The position numbers and the translations under genes are program-made. A stretch of DNA of 64,000 nt from Narcine bancroftii (taxonomy: Eukaryota). Positions 26,523 through 38,767 of the stretch are shown piece by piece (the first letter of the stretch is position 1; the number at the start of each line of letters is the position of its first letter). Where the stretch lies: the NCBI RefSeq assembly GCF_036971445.1, contig NC_091481.1, positions 73,346,001 to 73,410,000 of the forward strand, read 5' to 3'. The notes below the pieces were generated by a model. It worked only from the letters and a program-made list of their open reading frames with translations, was not told the origin of the DNA and searched no databases.

Positions 26523-27792
26523 CCTTTTACTCCTGTGGAGTCTGAAACCCAATGGGAAGAACGTGGGTTTTCTAACTTGAGGTACCCCCTACCCACCTCT
26601 CTCTGGTTCCTTCTCTTTTTTAATTATTCCGCTGTGGGACTGGGGAACTATCAGGTAGTTTCATTATTCACGATCATACGTTTCCCTTGAACCTTCCCCA
26701 CTCTCTGGTCTCAACACCAGCGTTCTTCCATTATCCTACCCCCTTCCCAGCTTCTTCCACCCCTTAATGCAGTTGGAATCCCCTTCCCACTCAAAAGGGT
26801 CACTGAGTTACATTTGCTTTTGGGTTAAGGGTAAAACAGGAAAAGAATATGGTGGAACATGAGGGGGAACTTCTTCACACACAGAATGGTGGGGATGTGG
26901 AATAAGCTGCCAGATGAAGTGGTGAAAGCGGGCTCAATTTTAAGATTTAAGAAACGTTTAGACAAGCACGTGGATAGGAGGGGTATAGAGGGCTATGGAC
27001 TGGGTGCAGGTCAGTGGGACCAGGCAGAAAAGTAGTTTGGCACAGACTAGAAGGGCTGTTTCTATTTGTGGTTTGTGAACACCCCGCGAAATAATCCAGA
27101 AAATATCCATCAGACACCAGTCATTTATAGAAAGCAGAAGTTTGAAGTTACTGAGAGTTCCGAACCGTGCAGGCGAATCTCCTGCCCTCATTACAGTGCT
27201 ACAACCTGGGCATTATTGGCTTGGCAGTTTAGTGGGGACTGGCAGGGATTCACTGAACATGCTAGTTGCTGCTTTGGCCAATGGCGAGTATTTACGTCTT
27301 CATTGATAAATATTGTTGATTTTTGCACAGTGGTAATTTTTTTTTATTTAAATTTTATTTTTCACACTATAAACCATATAGATCAAGATACATACATTTT
27401 CCTTCTTAAATATATACAGTGTCGTTTTCTCCCCCCCCTTCCCTCCTCCCCACAGTGGTAATAATTATGATGAAGACTCTAAGCGGCAAGGGGGCTGATG
27501 GTCAACCATCGAAGACAGGTGGAAGCGAAGAGCATCTGGAAGGACTGAGCAGGTCAGGCAGCATCGATGGGTTGAAATGATCAGTAAGGGTTTTGGCTTG
27601 GACCCTTTATCACTCTTTCTGATTCCACTGTTCCCATCTTCCAAGTCTCTGAATGGTGTATTCGTGACCCTGGGCAACTCTGATTTAGGTTGCATGAATT
27701 ATTTTCCAAGACAGCTCATGAGTCTGGGTGCAGGAGTCCTGGAAAGGGAGGTCAGTGTCTGAACCTGCAAGCATGAAATAAGTATCCGAGCC

Positions 27793-27841
27793 ATAGATCC
27801 GGTAACTCTCTTTTTCCTGTTCTTGTTGGAGGAATATGAGA
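27793..27841 (+). pseudogene. Putative decayed leader (signal peptide) exon of an Ig-superfamily receptor
   Basis: gagccATAG (a Kozak gccATGG with G>A), then DPVTLFFLFLLEEYE and a phase-1 donor A|gtaagt. It lies upstream of the Ig exon at 30325. Confidence 0.4.
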
Positions 27842-28167
27842 GTAAGTGAATCATGAATCAAGTTTATAAATATTTGGTTGGGTCACAACTGGTAGATTGG
27901 GCAAAAGATGAGAAGCTGCAGGTCATCCAGCATCCATGAGGAGAGATGGTTTGGAGTCTGGGCCCTTTTAGGAGACTAAAATGGGAAGATGAGATCACAA
28001 GCAACTTTGGAACTTTTCAAGTTTATTATCATCCAACTGTACATGTAGAACCAGACAAAACAGCATTTCTCCAGATCACGATGCATACTCAGACACACAC
28101 AATACACAGCACCTAATAATTATACACACCCACACAGTTATAGATATATATTGTAGATATATGGATT

Positions 28168-28386
28168 CAGTAAAAGCTCTGGTATTCAGCATCTATGGGG
28201 ATTGGTAGATGCTAGATAAGGTTCCAGCTGCTTGAGATTGCGTGTGGTGTGATTGGCGAACTGGCCACTCAGGGGCGCCAATTTGAAACATTTATATTTT
28301 TTACCTCTTTATTTTCCACAATTTTTTTTTTGCAGGTTGCTTGAGGCTACCAGTTGCACAAATTCCAGATAACAGGGGTTTTACTG
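28168..28386. mobile_element. Tc1/mariner-pogo (Tigger-like) MITE
   Basis: TIRs cagtaaaagctctggtatt and ataacaggggttttactg followed by TA. Related copies occur at ~29760-29962 and ~42280-42480. Confidence 0.6.
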
Positions 28387-30324
28387 TATGTAGATAAAGA
28401 TATCATTTAAAATAAAAATACATATTTATTTTAACTGATATCAGGATGAAGATTGGTGCAGATTGCAGTACAGGTACTTCCAGTTTCTGGTGGGTCTAGG
28501 GTGGGAGCACTGTGTTCGGTTCTGGCTGCCACACATTGGAAGGAAATGAATGCACGAGATGTTGCTGAGGAGATTGACCAGGATGTTGCCTGGGGTAAGT
28601 TGTTTCAGGAGAGGTTGGAGAGACTGGACTGCTTTTTTGGAGAAGGGGGTGGGATGGGGAGGATGTTGAACGTATACAAATTCCAAAGGGCAGAGGTTTA
28701 AGTGAGGAATAAGATTTGAGGGTTTTTGAAGACTTTGGTATCAATCTGAGAGTGATTGCATTGTGGATGAAGACTAAATTAAAATTATGTAAAAGAGAAT
28801 TTGAATCATCAAGGCAGAGTAGGTTACAGAATAATTATTGGTAAACAGGATAGGATCAATGGATACATGATGGCTGGCACAGACAGATGGGCCGCAGGGC
28901 CTGAGTCTCAGGATTGATTCATTGGAACGCTTCTCTTCAGCGATAAGGACAGAGCTCAAATCTGGTAAACACTGCTGGACACGAGGTATTTGGAATACTC
29001 CCCGGCTTTGGGTGATGCTGCGGAGCTGCTGCTTCAAGAGCTCCAGCAACCGGGGTTTGGACCTGACCTCTGGTGCTAACCTTTCTGGAGTTTGAACCTT
29101 CTCCCTTTGACCCTGTGGGAGTCACACATCGCGAAGGCCCACTGAGATTTACCCGAAAGTTGGCGGCAGTTAAGAGAACGAGGGGGTGTTGGATGGCTGA
29201 GAAAATAGTTTACAGGGCAATAAGTGGGAGATTGCTTTGAGAGGCAGCATTGATTAGATGGGCCAAATGTCTCATGGAATTCTGCAAAATATAGTAAATA
29301 TAGAATACAGAAACGTGCTGGAGAAACTCAATAGGTCACACAGCATCAACCCCTCCCCCACTCTTGGGAACCCTGTCAAAAATCTCCCTCCCCCCAGAAT
29401 GCACTGACAAGAATCTCTGCCCTCAGAACACACTGTCAAAAATCTCCCCCACCCACCCCCACCAGAGCACACTGCCAAGTCAACCACTGCTGAGACATCA
29501 ATCCATCTCGACCACTGCTCCCCTCGTTCATTCAAATCTCTCTATCCCTCGGAACGTTCTGCCTAGGGGGCTCAGAGTAGGTTCGTGGAAACCCCCCTCC
29601 CCCTCCTATACTTTTGTTTGGACACTTCCTGGCATTTTCTCATACTTTGATGAAGGGTACAAGCCCAAAATGTCAGTTCTGTATCTGTGCCTTTGCTACA
29701 TAAAGGACATTGTTTGACCTGCCGAGCTTCTCCAGCATTTTGTGTTTTTACAGAAGACACGTTAAGTAATCCCTATGTCCAGAATTCAAGCAACCAGCAA
29801 AAAAAAAATCGTGGAAAATAAATGGATAAAAATATATGGAAATTTAAAATTGATGCACCTTACCATTAGTTCTCCATACATACAACATGCAGTTTCAAGC
29901 AAACAGAAAACTCACTTCTCTGGCATCGACTGATACCTGTTGGTGCCAGGTACCAGGGTTTACTTCTTTTGCACAAAGCATTTGTTAAGGACTGGAAGGC
30001 ATCAGAAAGTGTGGACAAAAAAGAACTAGACAGTTATTTGAAAATTATCATTGATAAGATCCTGGAGAAAAGATGAGGTTCAGGATTAATGGGCCAGTTC
30101 TTTCAGAGAGCTGGTACGGACATGATGGCCAAAGGTCTCTCTGTGCTATGGGTTTCCATGGTCCTGTACCTCTGTATCCCACTGTATATACTCTGGTGTG
30201 CATTAGTGTAGCTAATGTGTTCATTTGTTTTTAAAAAATACTTTAGTCTATTCTACCCAGCTTCTGTTGAATATTTCACAATTCACACAAAGTGATTCAA
30301 TTAACCCAATATTTATTTTCTCAG

Positions 30325-30619
30325 CATTTGTAGAAGATTCCAAACCCCCTCTGAATGCGATTTTCTCATCACGAAGTTCAGCACTCGGAGACTCCACTGC
30401 ATTCACGTGTCACTCCTGAAGCTGATTGACCCGTATACTTCATGCCATATAAAGATGGCACAAATCTGCAGTTCACACAAGAAGTGGAAAATTGCTCATT
30501 CATGGCCTTCGAGATCAAACTTGTAACAGTCTATGATTCAGGAAATCACTTCTGCCAGTATCTGACCTCTGAGTCTAGGCTGTCAAAGTACGGTGATTAT
30601 GTGCAGCTGACTGTGACAG
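30325..30619 (+). pseudogene. Disrupted C2-type Ig-domain exon (LILR/OSCAR/IGSF1/FcRL-like)
   Basis: Phase-1 acceptor (30325 or 30334) and phase-1 donor ACAG|gtgagt. Reads SKPPLNAIFSSRSSALGDSTAFTCHS*S*, frameshift, then VYFMPYKDGTNLQ...AFEIKLVTVYDSGNHFCQY...SKYGDYVQLTVT. Both Ig cysteines and the DSGxxxC and LTVT motifs are present. Confidence 0.75.
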
Positions 30620-33379
30620 GTGAGTGACCCCCCCCCCTTGTCCTTGGGCACTGTTCCATTTGAGCTCAGTGTAATCTGCAGGGACTCCACCTCATTCTTC
30701 AGTGTAATCTGGAGGGACACCATCTCATTCTTCAGCTGTATACAACCATCCATGATCGACATTCAACAATTCCAGACCATCATCACTGCTCCAGAGGTAA
30801 AAATAACTTGCCTGTTACCATGCTGCATCTCCAACTTAAATAAATTTCTTACCCTGTTTAGTCATATCGCTAATATTATCAGTCAAAACCTCTTGTACTG
30901 ATTGTAATGGCAACTTTCCCATTGGAGCACTTGTGTGCTGTACAGATTTGCCTTCATGTCTTCTGATCATTGGTAATGACACCTGTACTTTCTTTCACCT
31001 CCGCTGTACTTACTGACCCTTGCCGATCATGTTTCCTCCAACCCCATCCTTCCCTTTACTTACTCGTTGCTTCCACTGTCATCCTGATCGCCATTCCATC
31101 TTTCCTCCCTTTACCCTCACACACATCTTCCCATATGATCTCTTCTTCCGTCAACTTCCCCTGGCTCTACACCCCCTTTATGCCTCCATTTATATCTCTC
31201 ATATATTTGGGTTGTAAAATAAGGTTACTGACCTGAAATGTTCCTCTCTCTGCGGCCTCTGCCTGATCTGCTGAGCATTTCCAGCATTTTCTGTTTTTAT
31301 TTCAGTTTTCACCACCCATGGTAACTTGTTGGTTTGCTGTGTTTTTTTTTAACCTCTGAAATTTGGTTCGGGTATGTTAGAGTGCTTGCCAGCTGCATTT
31401 AGAAAAGTTAAATCAGTCTGCCATAACCTCTGAGATCATGGATTCTAAATCATGCAAGTGGTTATAATTCAGTGTCCTCCACCACTTGTGTGTATTCCAC
31501 TACAATCACAGTATCTGCAGACTTTATCTCTTCCAGAGATAAATCAGCCTCCATCAGATGAAGTTCCTCTGCACCATAGTTTTAATCAGCTACTTTTTTT
31601 CATGTGACCTGTTATGAGCCCAAATAATGTCACTGAATATGAATTCTTCAGTATTTCAAATAAGATCTGTTTTAAAGTGTATGTATGTAACCTACTCTAA
31701 TTTTTAACCAATTTATCTCCCAAATACATCTACAAATATTCTATCACAGACCATGACCTTTCATTTGATATTCTCCCCAGGGTGAAATCTTCTCAACATC
31801 TGCCCTTTAGTGGGCCATCAGGATCTTGAATTTTTCTTTGACCTTTCTATTCTTGTAATAAGATCACCTCTCAATCTGGCATGGACTAACCATGAAGCAA
31901 AATAAGCTCGTCCTTAGGGCACCAAGGGAAGGGGGCACCACAGAGATTTTTTTCCCAGTCCCGGATTTACCAGGGTGCAGCTAAACAAGGACACCCCCCC
32001 CCCCAATAAATGGGGAAAACCCATATACAGGTTATGTAAAGAAAACTGAATTTTTAATCTATTATTTCACAGTCAGTGTTTATCCAGTCTTAATGTCTTG
32101 TCAGTTGGACAATGGAAGATCGAGGGGGAATCATTGTTGGGCTGTGGTTACGGCATCAATTGGCCTTAATCCAAGAATAGAGATCTAACTTCTTTAGGTG
32201 CTTGTGGCTGGGCATTCTGGGAATTTGCCTCATGAATCTCTTTGTCCTCTCTTCAATCCAACTTTATCTGTGAGAAACAGAAGTACCTTCACAGAATTTG
32301 CTCGAGACAAAAATTGAGAACAAAGAACTTTTATTATACTATTACAACAATGCAAAGTTGGGTGCTTCCCCTTACCCTGGGAATACACACAGATACTGAG
32401 GCTGACCCAACTTTTATACATTTCATTTCAGTACAGAGATACCTTCCCCCTAATATTCTTCTGCCTCCTGGATTGGTTTAGCATTAGGTAATTCTGCCCA
32501 CGTGGATTCTAACTTCCTATCAGTTTATGTGCCTTCCTGCAAACTTGTTAGCCAGGAAATATCATGTCTTTGTTCTTTACTCATTAATCAATCCCCAAGA
32601 CTTGCTAAAGCTATTTACTTGCTATCCTGTTTTGAAGATCCTTATTTTATTATACTTTTATAACCCTTCCTAACCCTTCCTCCCATTCCAGCATCCCTTC
32701 ACCCTGATTTAACCCATAATACTTCATTCTTAATTAGCACTTGCTTGACTCCTCACATTCCAGTATCCCTTACACTATCCTTCCCTCCGACAAGGGGAGT
32801 GAAACTGTGCACAGTATTCCAGTTGAGAGTAACTCTCTACACAATTGTAATAATATCACCCTGTTCGTAAATGCCAATCCTCTTGCAATAAAGTTCAAAA
32901 TGCCATTTGGCAAACAAGAAAAAACAGCAGATGCTGGAAAATGGGAGCAACACATAATCTGCTGGAGGAACTCAGCAGGTCAGACAGCATCCGTGGGAGA
33001 ATCTTTCAAAGAGAAGCCTTTCATGGAGACTTTCAGTAGGAACATCAGGACTTGCTCTGGCTGGCAGGCCTGGCCTTCAGGCAGAGCAGAGGTGGCTTTC
33101 ACTGAGTTATTCATTCTCCGGCAATATTTGTTTCAGTCCCTGAACCTGGATGAAACCCCCCCACCCCCTCAGTTCTTCTGAGCAAATGCACATTCGAGAA
33201 TGAGATGTTCAATAGTCTCATCTCCATCCTCCCAACAAAAAAACAAACTGTATTCACCATAAAAAATTATACACGAAGAAAAATAATGCAAAGGGTTTTT
33301 ATATTCTTGGTGTTGAATGTTTTATATTGCCATTTGGTCTTGACAGATGCTATAGCACTGCCAAATCAGGATTCTATAA

Positions 33380-33980
33380 GGCCACATTGAAGAAAGCACG
33401 TCAGCACCTCTACTTCCTCAGGAGTTTGCAGAGGTCTGGTATGACATTGGAAACCCTGGGTTATTTCTACCGACGTGTGTGGAAAGTGGTGCTGATTTGC
33501 TGCATTATGATCTGGAATTTGGACACCCACGCCCCCAAGCGTAAAGCCCCGCAAAAGGTAGTGGACACAGCCCAGGACATCACGGGCAAAACCCTCCCCA
33601 CCGTCGAGAGCATCTACAGGGAACGCAGCGATCATCAGAGACCCTCACCACCCGGCACACGCTCTGTTCTCGCTGCTGCCCCCCCGGGAAGGAGGTCTAC
33701 AACATGATCCCACTACTAGACACATCTTCCCCTCTTCACTTTCCATGGGGACTGCATTCTCCGTGACTCCCTCATCCACTGATCCCTCCCTACCAACTGC
33801 CCCCCTCTGGCACCTTCCCCTGTGGCCACAGTAAGTGCCATTCTTGCGCCCACACCTCCCTCACCACCATTCGAGGCCTTAAAACTCGCACCCCCAGGTT
33901 CATGAAGCTGCTATCCCTCCACTATCAGGCTCCTCAACAACAAATTCATTTAAGGGCTCTCACTCCTGCACTTTATTGTG
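33380..33980 (+). mobile_element. Rex1/Babar-like LINE 3' fragment interrupted by a 185-bp insert
   Basis: Reads KKARQHLYFLRSL.R.GM....L..FYR...QKVVDTAQDITGKTLPTVESIY and resumes after 33883 with 'actcgcacccccaggttc...ctccactatcaggctcctcaac'. Confidence 0.7.
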
Positions 33981-33984
33981 ATTT

Positions 33985-34392
33985 CCTTCCCCCCCTTCCC
34001 CCTCCTCCCCCCCTTCCCCCTCCTCCCCCCCCTTCCCCCTCCTCCCCCCCCTTCCCCCTCCTCCCCCCCCTTCCCCCTCCTCCCCCCCTTCCCCCTCCTC
34101 CCCCCCCTTCCCCCTCCTCCCCCCCCTTCCCCCTCCTCCCCCCCCCTTCCCCCTCCTCCCCCCCCCTTCCCCCTCCTCCCCCCCCCTTCCCCCTCCTCCC
34201 CCCCCCTTCCCCCTCCTCCCCCCCCCTTCCCCCTCCTCCCCCCCCCTTCCCCCTCCTCCCCCCCCCTTCCCCCTCCTCCCCCCCCCTTCCCCCTCCTCCC
34301 CCCCCCTTCCCCCTCCTCCCCCCCCCTTCCCCCTCCTCCCCCCCCTTCCCCCTCCTCCCCCCCCCTTCCCCCTCCTCCCCCCCCCCCCTCCT
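33985..34392. repeat. C-rich minisatellite (ccccccttccccctcctcc)n, G-quadruplex/i-motif prone
   Basis: About 400 bp of almost pure C/T, with a unit of ~20-21 bp. Confidence 0.95.
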
Positions 34393-34589
34393 CTGTACTG
34401 CACAGTCAGTTTTTAAAGTTTCTTTACAAGTATACACTGTGTGGTTTTTATACGAATGTGTTAATGCTGCCTGGCCCACATGTGACCTCAGGTGTGTCCC
34501 TCTGTGGTGGTGGGGGGGGGGTTCCCGCTTGCCCCCTTGCCCCCCCCCAACCCAACCCAACCACAGGCATCCTGAGCCAAGAACTAGGC

Positions 34590-34960
34590 CTGATGCCTTG
34601 GGCGGGGCCAGATCACGAGTGTAAATAATCAGTGGCGTCACATCGGCGTCGAGGCGGTTCAACCGGAAGCAGAAACAGCGATCGGGGTAAAGGTCGTTGC
34701 TAAGCTAAAGATGGCGGCCAGGTCGGCTGCTTGAGGCTGCGGCTGTTTTCGGACCGCGTTCACACTTATTTCGGCGGTGGGGGGGAGGAAGAAGGCGGTG
34801 CAAACATGGGACGGAGGTCGACCAGTTCCACCAAGAGCGGGAAGTTCATGAACCCGACCGACCAGGCCCGTGAGTGCGGGGGAGCCCGAGGCGAGGGTCG
34901 GGGGCGGCGAGGCCTGGGGCCTAGGCCTGGGGATCGCAGCAAAAGCGAAACTGAATTGTG
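34590..34960 (+). promoter_or_regulatory. WBP11: WBP11 CpG-island promoter / first exon
   Basis: CpG-dense. GC box gggcgggg at 34600, half-CRE cgtca at 34636, ETS ccggaag at 34663 and YY1-type aagatggcggc at 34708. No TATA box seen. Confidence 0.8.
34806..34869 (+). CDS. WBP11: WW domain-binding protein 11, coding exon 1
   Basis: MGRRSTSSTKSGKFMNPTDQA(R), the conserved WBP11 N-terminus. Donor C|gtgagt, 64 nt. Confidence 0.97.
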
Positions 34961-35049
34961 ATTAAAACGTCAGGACAAAGAAGGCTCGGTCGGTTTTAAT
35001 TTGACGCATTAGGATCCGCAGCTGGTGCTGAACCTCTTAATCTCCAATA

Positions 35050-36225
35050 AGTCAGAACGATGCTGCAGAAACTCAGCTGGGTCACACAGGGAACTTCATA
35101 GAGCAAAGATAAAGGGACATCACCCACGTTTCGGGCTTGAGCCCTTCATCAAGCTACGAACAACATGTAGGCAGACACCCAGTCAGTCCCCTGCAGTTGC
35201 TCCGTCTCTGCTGCATCTTCCCAAGATGAGATCCTCCAGTCCAGATCGTCTGAAATGTCCAGCTTCTTTCACATCCACCACCACCAACTCAGCTCTCACC
35301 CACATCTCCTCCATTTCCCACTCATCTGCCTTTACCCCCAGACATAACACTTGTCTATAACTACTATTCCACCAGCCTCCGCATCCAACACATTATTCTC
35401 TGTAATTTCTGCCACCTACAACATGATCCCACTACTAGACACATCTTCCCCTCTTCACTTTCCATGGGGACTGCATTCTCCGTGACTCCCTCATCCACTG
35501 ATCCCTCCCTACCAACTGCCCCCCTCTGGCACCTTCCCCTGTGGCCACAGAAAGTGCCATTCTTGCACCCACACCTCCCCCACCACCATTTGAGGCCTCA
35601 AACAGTCCTTTCAAGTGAAGAAATATTTCACTTGTGAATCCGTGGGAGTGATCTGGTGCTCCCATTGTGGCCTTCTCTGTATCACAGAGATTAGGTGTAG
35701 ACTGGAAGATCGCTTTGCTGAGCACCTTCATTCTGTCTGCATAGGGAGAGAGATCTCTCAGTGGCCAACCACTTCAATTCTGCCTCCCACTCATGTATCT
35801 GTCCATGGCCTCGTACTATCCCAGGAAGACCACTTGTAAATTGGAGGAAAACGTGATTTTTTGTCTGGGCATTCTCCAACCGAATGATATTAACATTGAC
35901 ATCCAGTTTCTGTTAACCAACTCTCCATTCTCCCTTCCCCCTTGTCTTCTTTGCCTTAGCTCTCCACCCCTTCCCTCTGTATTCACAGAGCCCTCTCTCC
36001 TTCCCTTATGCACCTACTACCTCTTGCCTTTGGGCCTGTGCTTCTCCCCCAGTTTGTTGGGGCACCTGCTGTCATTATTTTCTATACCTTGATGAAGGGC
36101 TCAAGCTCGAAACATTGGTCACGTATCGTTATATTTGCTATATAAAGTACACTGTTTGACCTGCTAAGTTTCTCCTGCATTGTTTTTACTTAAACCATGG
36201 TATCTGCAGATTTTCGTTGCACTTC
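35050..36225 (+). mobile_element. Penelope-like element with inverted terminal pseudo-LTR copies
   Basis: 35060-35175 is an imperfect reverse complement of 36060-36185. The interior reads FQVKKYFTCESVGVIWCSHCGLLCITEI.CRLEDRFAEHL (GIY-YIG). Confidence 0.8.
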
Positions 36226-36519
36226 CAGAGATGAAGGGGTGAATGTATGATAAGAGATTGAGGTGTCTGGGACTATATTCACAAGAATTTAGAAGAATGA
36301 GAGGGGATCTTATAGAAACAAAAAATTATGAAAGGCGTAGATAAAATAGAAGTAGGTAAGTTGTTTACATTGGTAGGGGCTTGGGGTTTATTCTTTGGAG
36401 TGTAGAATTAGGGACAATTTCATAGAGGTGAACAAAGTCACGAGAGGAATAGATTAGATGAACACAGAGTCTTTTGCCCACCAAACGGGAATCAGTAACC
36501 CGAGGTCATGTTTTAAAAA

Positions 36520-37830
36520 ATGTTTTTATTTATAATGTCGCAATATACCAAATCAATAAAGATATATTCAGACTTAGTACTTGTATGTACACAGTGACAT
36601 TTACCATTTTCTCCCCAGTCCCCTTCCCTCTCCACCCCCCCCAATTAACTATAGAAAAAGAAGGAAACAGAGCAGAAAGAAAAGAAGAAAAAGTGTGTCA
36701 TCTAAATAGTACATGTTTCACTCTTTCCATAAGTATAACATGTCTCATTAAGAGTTGGAGGTTTTAAATTGGCAGTTACTAATAAACTATACATGGGTCC
36801 CAAATTTGTTCATATTTGAGCGTAATTGTCTCTTAAATTATAGATAATTTTTTCTTATGGAATATACTTGTTCATTTCTATGTCCCACCGTTGTATTTTC
36901 AAAGGTGTTTCCATTTTCCAAGTTATCATTATACATTTTTTGCTGCTGCCTAATGCAATCATATTAAATCATTTTTGAGATCAATCTAATTTTAATTGTA
37001 ACTCTTTATCCTTTATATTGCTTAACAGAAAGATTTTTGGGTCTTTTGGTATCTTATTTTTTGTAATTGGATTTAATATTGAATTTAAATCCTCCCAAAA
37101 GTATTTTACTTTTGCACATGTCCAAATTGAATGTACTATTGTACCAATTTCTTGTTTACAATGGAAACTTTTATCAGATAGTGTAGGATTCCATTCTTTT
37201 AATTTTTGAGGTGTAACATATAGTCTATGGAGCCAGTTATATTGTATCATCCGATACCGAGCATTTATTGTGTTAGTCATGGTATGCGCGCATAGATCCA
37301 TCCAAGTTTCATTATTTATTTGTATATTTAAATCTTTTTTCCCAACGTTGTTTGGGTCTGTACATTACCTCATCTTTTCCCTTGTTTTGTAATTTGATAT
37401 ACATATTTATAATAAATTTTTTGACTATCAAAATGTCTGTAATTAAATATTCAAAGTAACTAACTTCAGGCAACCTTAAATATGTTTTTAATTGATAATA
37501 TGAAAATATTGAGCCATGGGATATTTCATATTTATCTTTTAGCTATTCAAATGTCAATAGAGTATTGCCCAGAAAGCAGTCTTTTATTCTTGTAATTCCT
37601 TTTCTTGACCATTCCTTAAAAAATATATTATTCATTGTAAAAGGAATTAATTGATTTATTTTAGTAACATATTTGATGTTTGGTAGATTATCATCTTTTT
37701 AATATATGATGTACAATTGGTAAATTGTTATGTTGCACTAGTTTCTCATTCCATTTATAGAGTAAGTGTTCAGAAACATTTTCCTCTAGTTTATATAGTT
37801 CTATCCTAAGCCAAGCCAGTTTTTCTCATA
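36520..37830 (-). mobile_element. L1-clade LINE 3' fragment
   Basis: ORF2 C-terminus INARYRMIQYNWLHRLYVTPQKL..WNPTLSD....CKQEIGT..H..WTC..V..FW (zinc-knuckle region), followed by the 3'UTR. Confidence 0.85.
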
Positions 37831-38735
37831 CCCAGAGGTCATAAGTTTAAGGTGAGGGGAAAAAATTTAACAGGAACCCAAGGTAACTTTTTTTTAACCC
37901 AGGGTGGTGAGTGCATGGAAGTGGTACTATTGAAGAGGTGGTGAGATGGTTGAAGCAGGTGATATTGCAATGTTTTAAGAAATGGGCTAAATGCAGGTCG
38001 GTGGGACCTTTTGGATATCGTTGGACCCAAGGGACTGTTTAGGGCCTGTTTCCGTGCTGTATGAATATGGCAATTAATTATTTGTAAATTTTTGCTCAGT
38101 GCTGTCTCTTGTGGTGTCTCCTGGTCTGTCTGTGTCTGTCTCTCTCAGAAGTTGATTTAAAAGAGGCAAATGCTTGAGTTCAGAGACTTTTCATTTGTGC
38201 ATTATTTTTAAATAAAGGTTTTTGGTCTGAAATACCAACTCCATTTCTGCCTGATGTTTAGTGTATTTCTGTCATTTTCTGGATTAATTTCACAAAAATA
38301 GCTGGTGTGCTCATTGTCACATTATGGGATTTTAGCAGCATGCTCTTCAGAAACTATCATATCACCATTTACGGAGCGGAAACAGGCTATGTTGGCCTTT
38401 CGAGTCTGCACCCTCTTCAGGCAATGGTCCCGGTAGATCAAGTCGATGGGGGAGGGGGCGAAGGGACACTCCATTGATCCTCTCTGCCACTCTTATGGAT
38501 TGATCTCTGATCCATTTCACCGCAGCAACTGTCCCCACTACGCTTACATTAGGTTTGTTTTGCTATAATACAACGATTTGTACTTCAATAATTGAACTGA
38601 TTTTAAAACTTGTTGGATGTCTTGAGGTTGTGAAAGGTAATTAGATTTTGCTCTGGAAAATTTATGAGGGGGATTGTTTTTTTCTTTTCCTTTCACCTTC
38701 CAATCTGATTCGCACTCTTTATCTTTATTAAACAG

Positions 38736-38767
38736 GAAAAGAGGCCAGGAAGCGGGAATTAAAAAAG
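38736..38767 (+). CDS. WBP11: WBP11 coding exon 2
   Basis: aacag|GA AAA GAG GCC AGG AAG CGG GAA TTA AAA AAG|gtaaga; KEARKRELKK; 32 nt. Confidence 0.95.

Noticed and set aside
32280-32400. Possible cytoplasmic last exon for the Ig pseudogene (EVPSQNLLETKIENKELLLYYYNN...)
   Set aside because: The acceptor is weak, there is no clear signalling motif, and no transmembrane exon was found between it and the Ig exon.
33902-34662. Pro-rich and Gly-rich ORFs of 147-240 aa (extensin- or formin-like)
   Set aside because: They are translations of the C-rich minisatellite, open in most frames on both strands.
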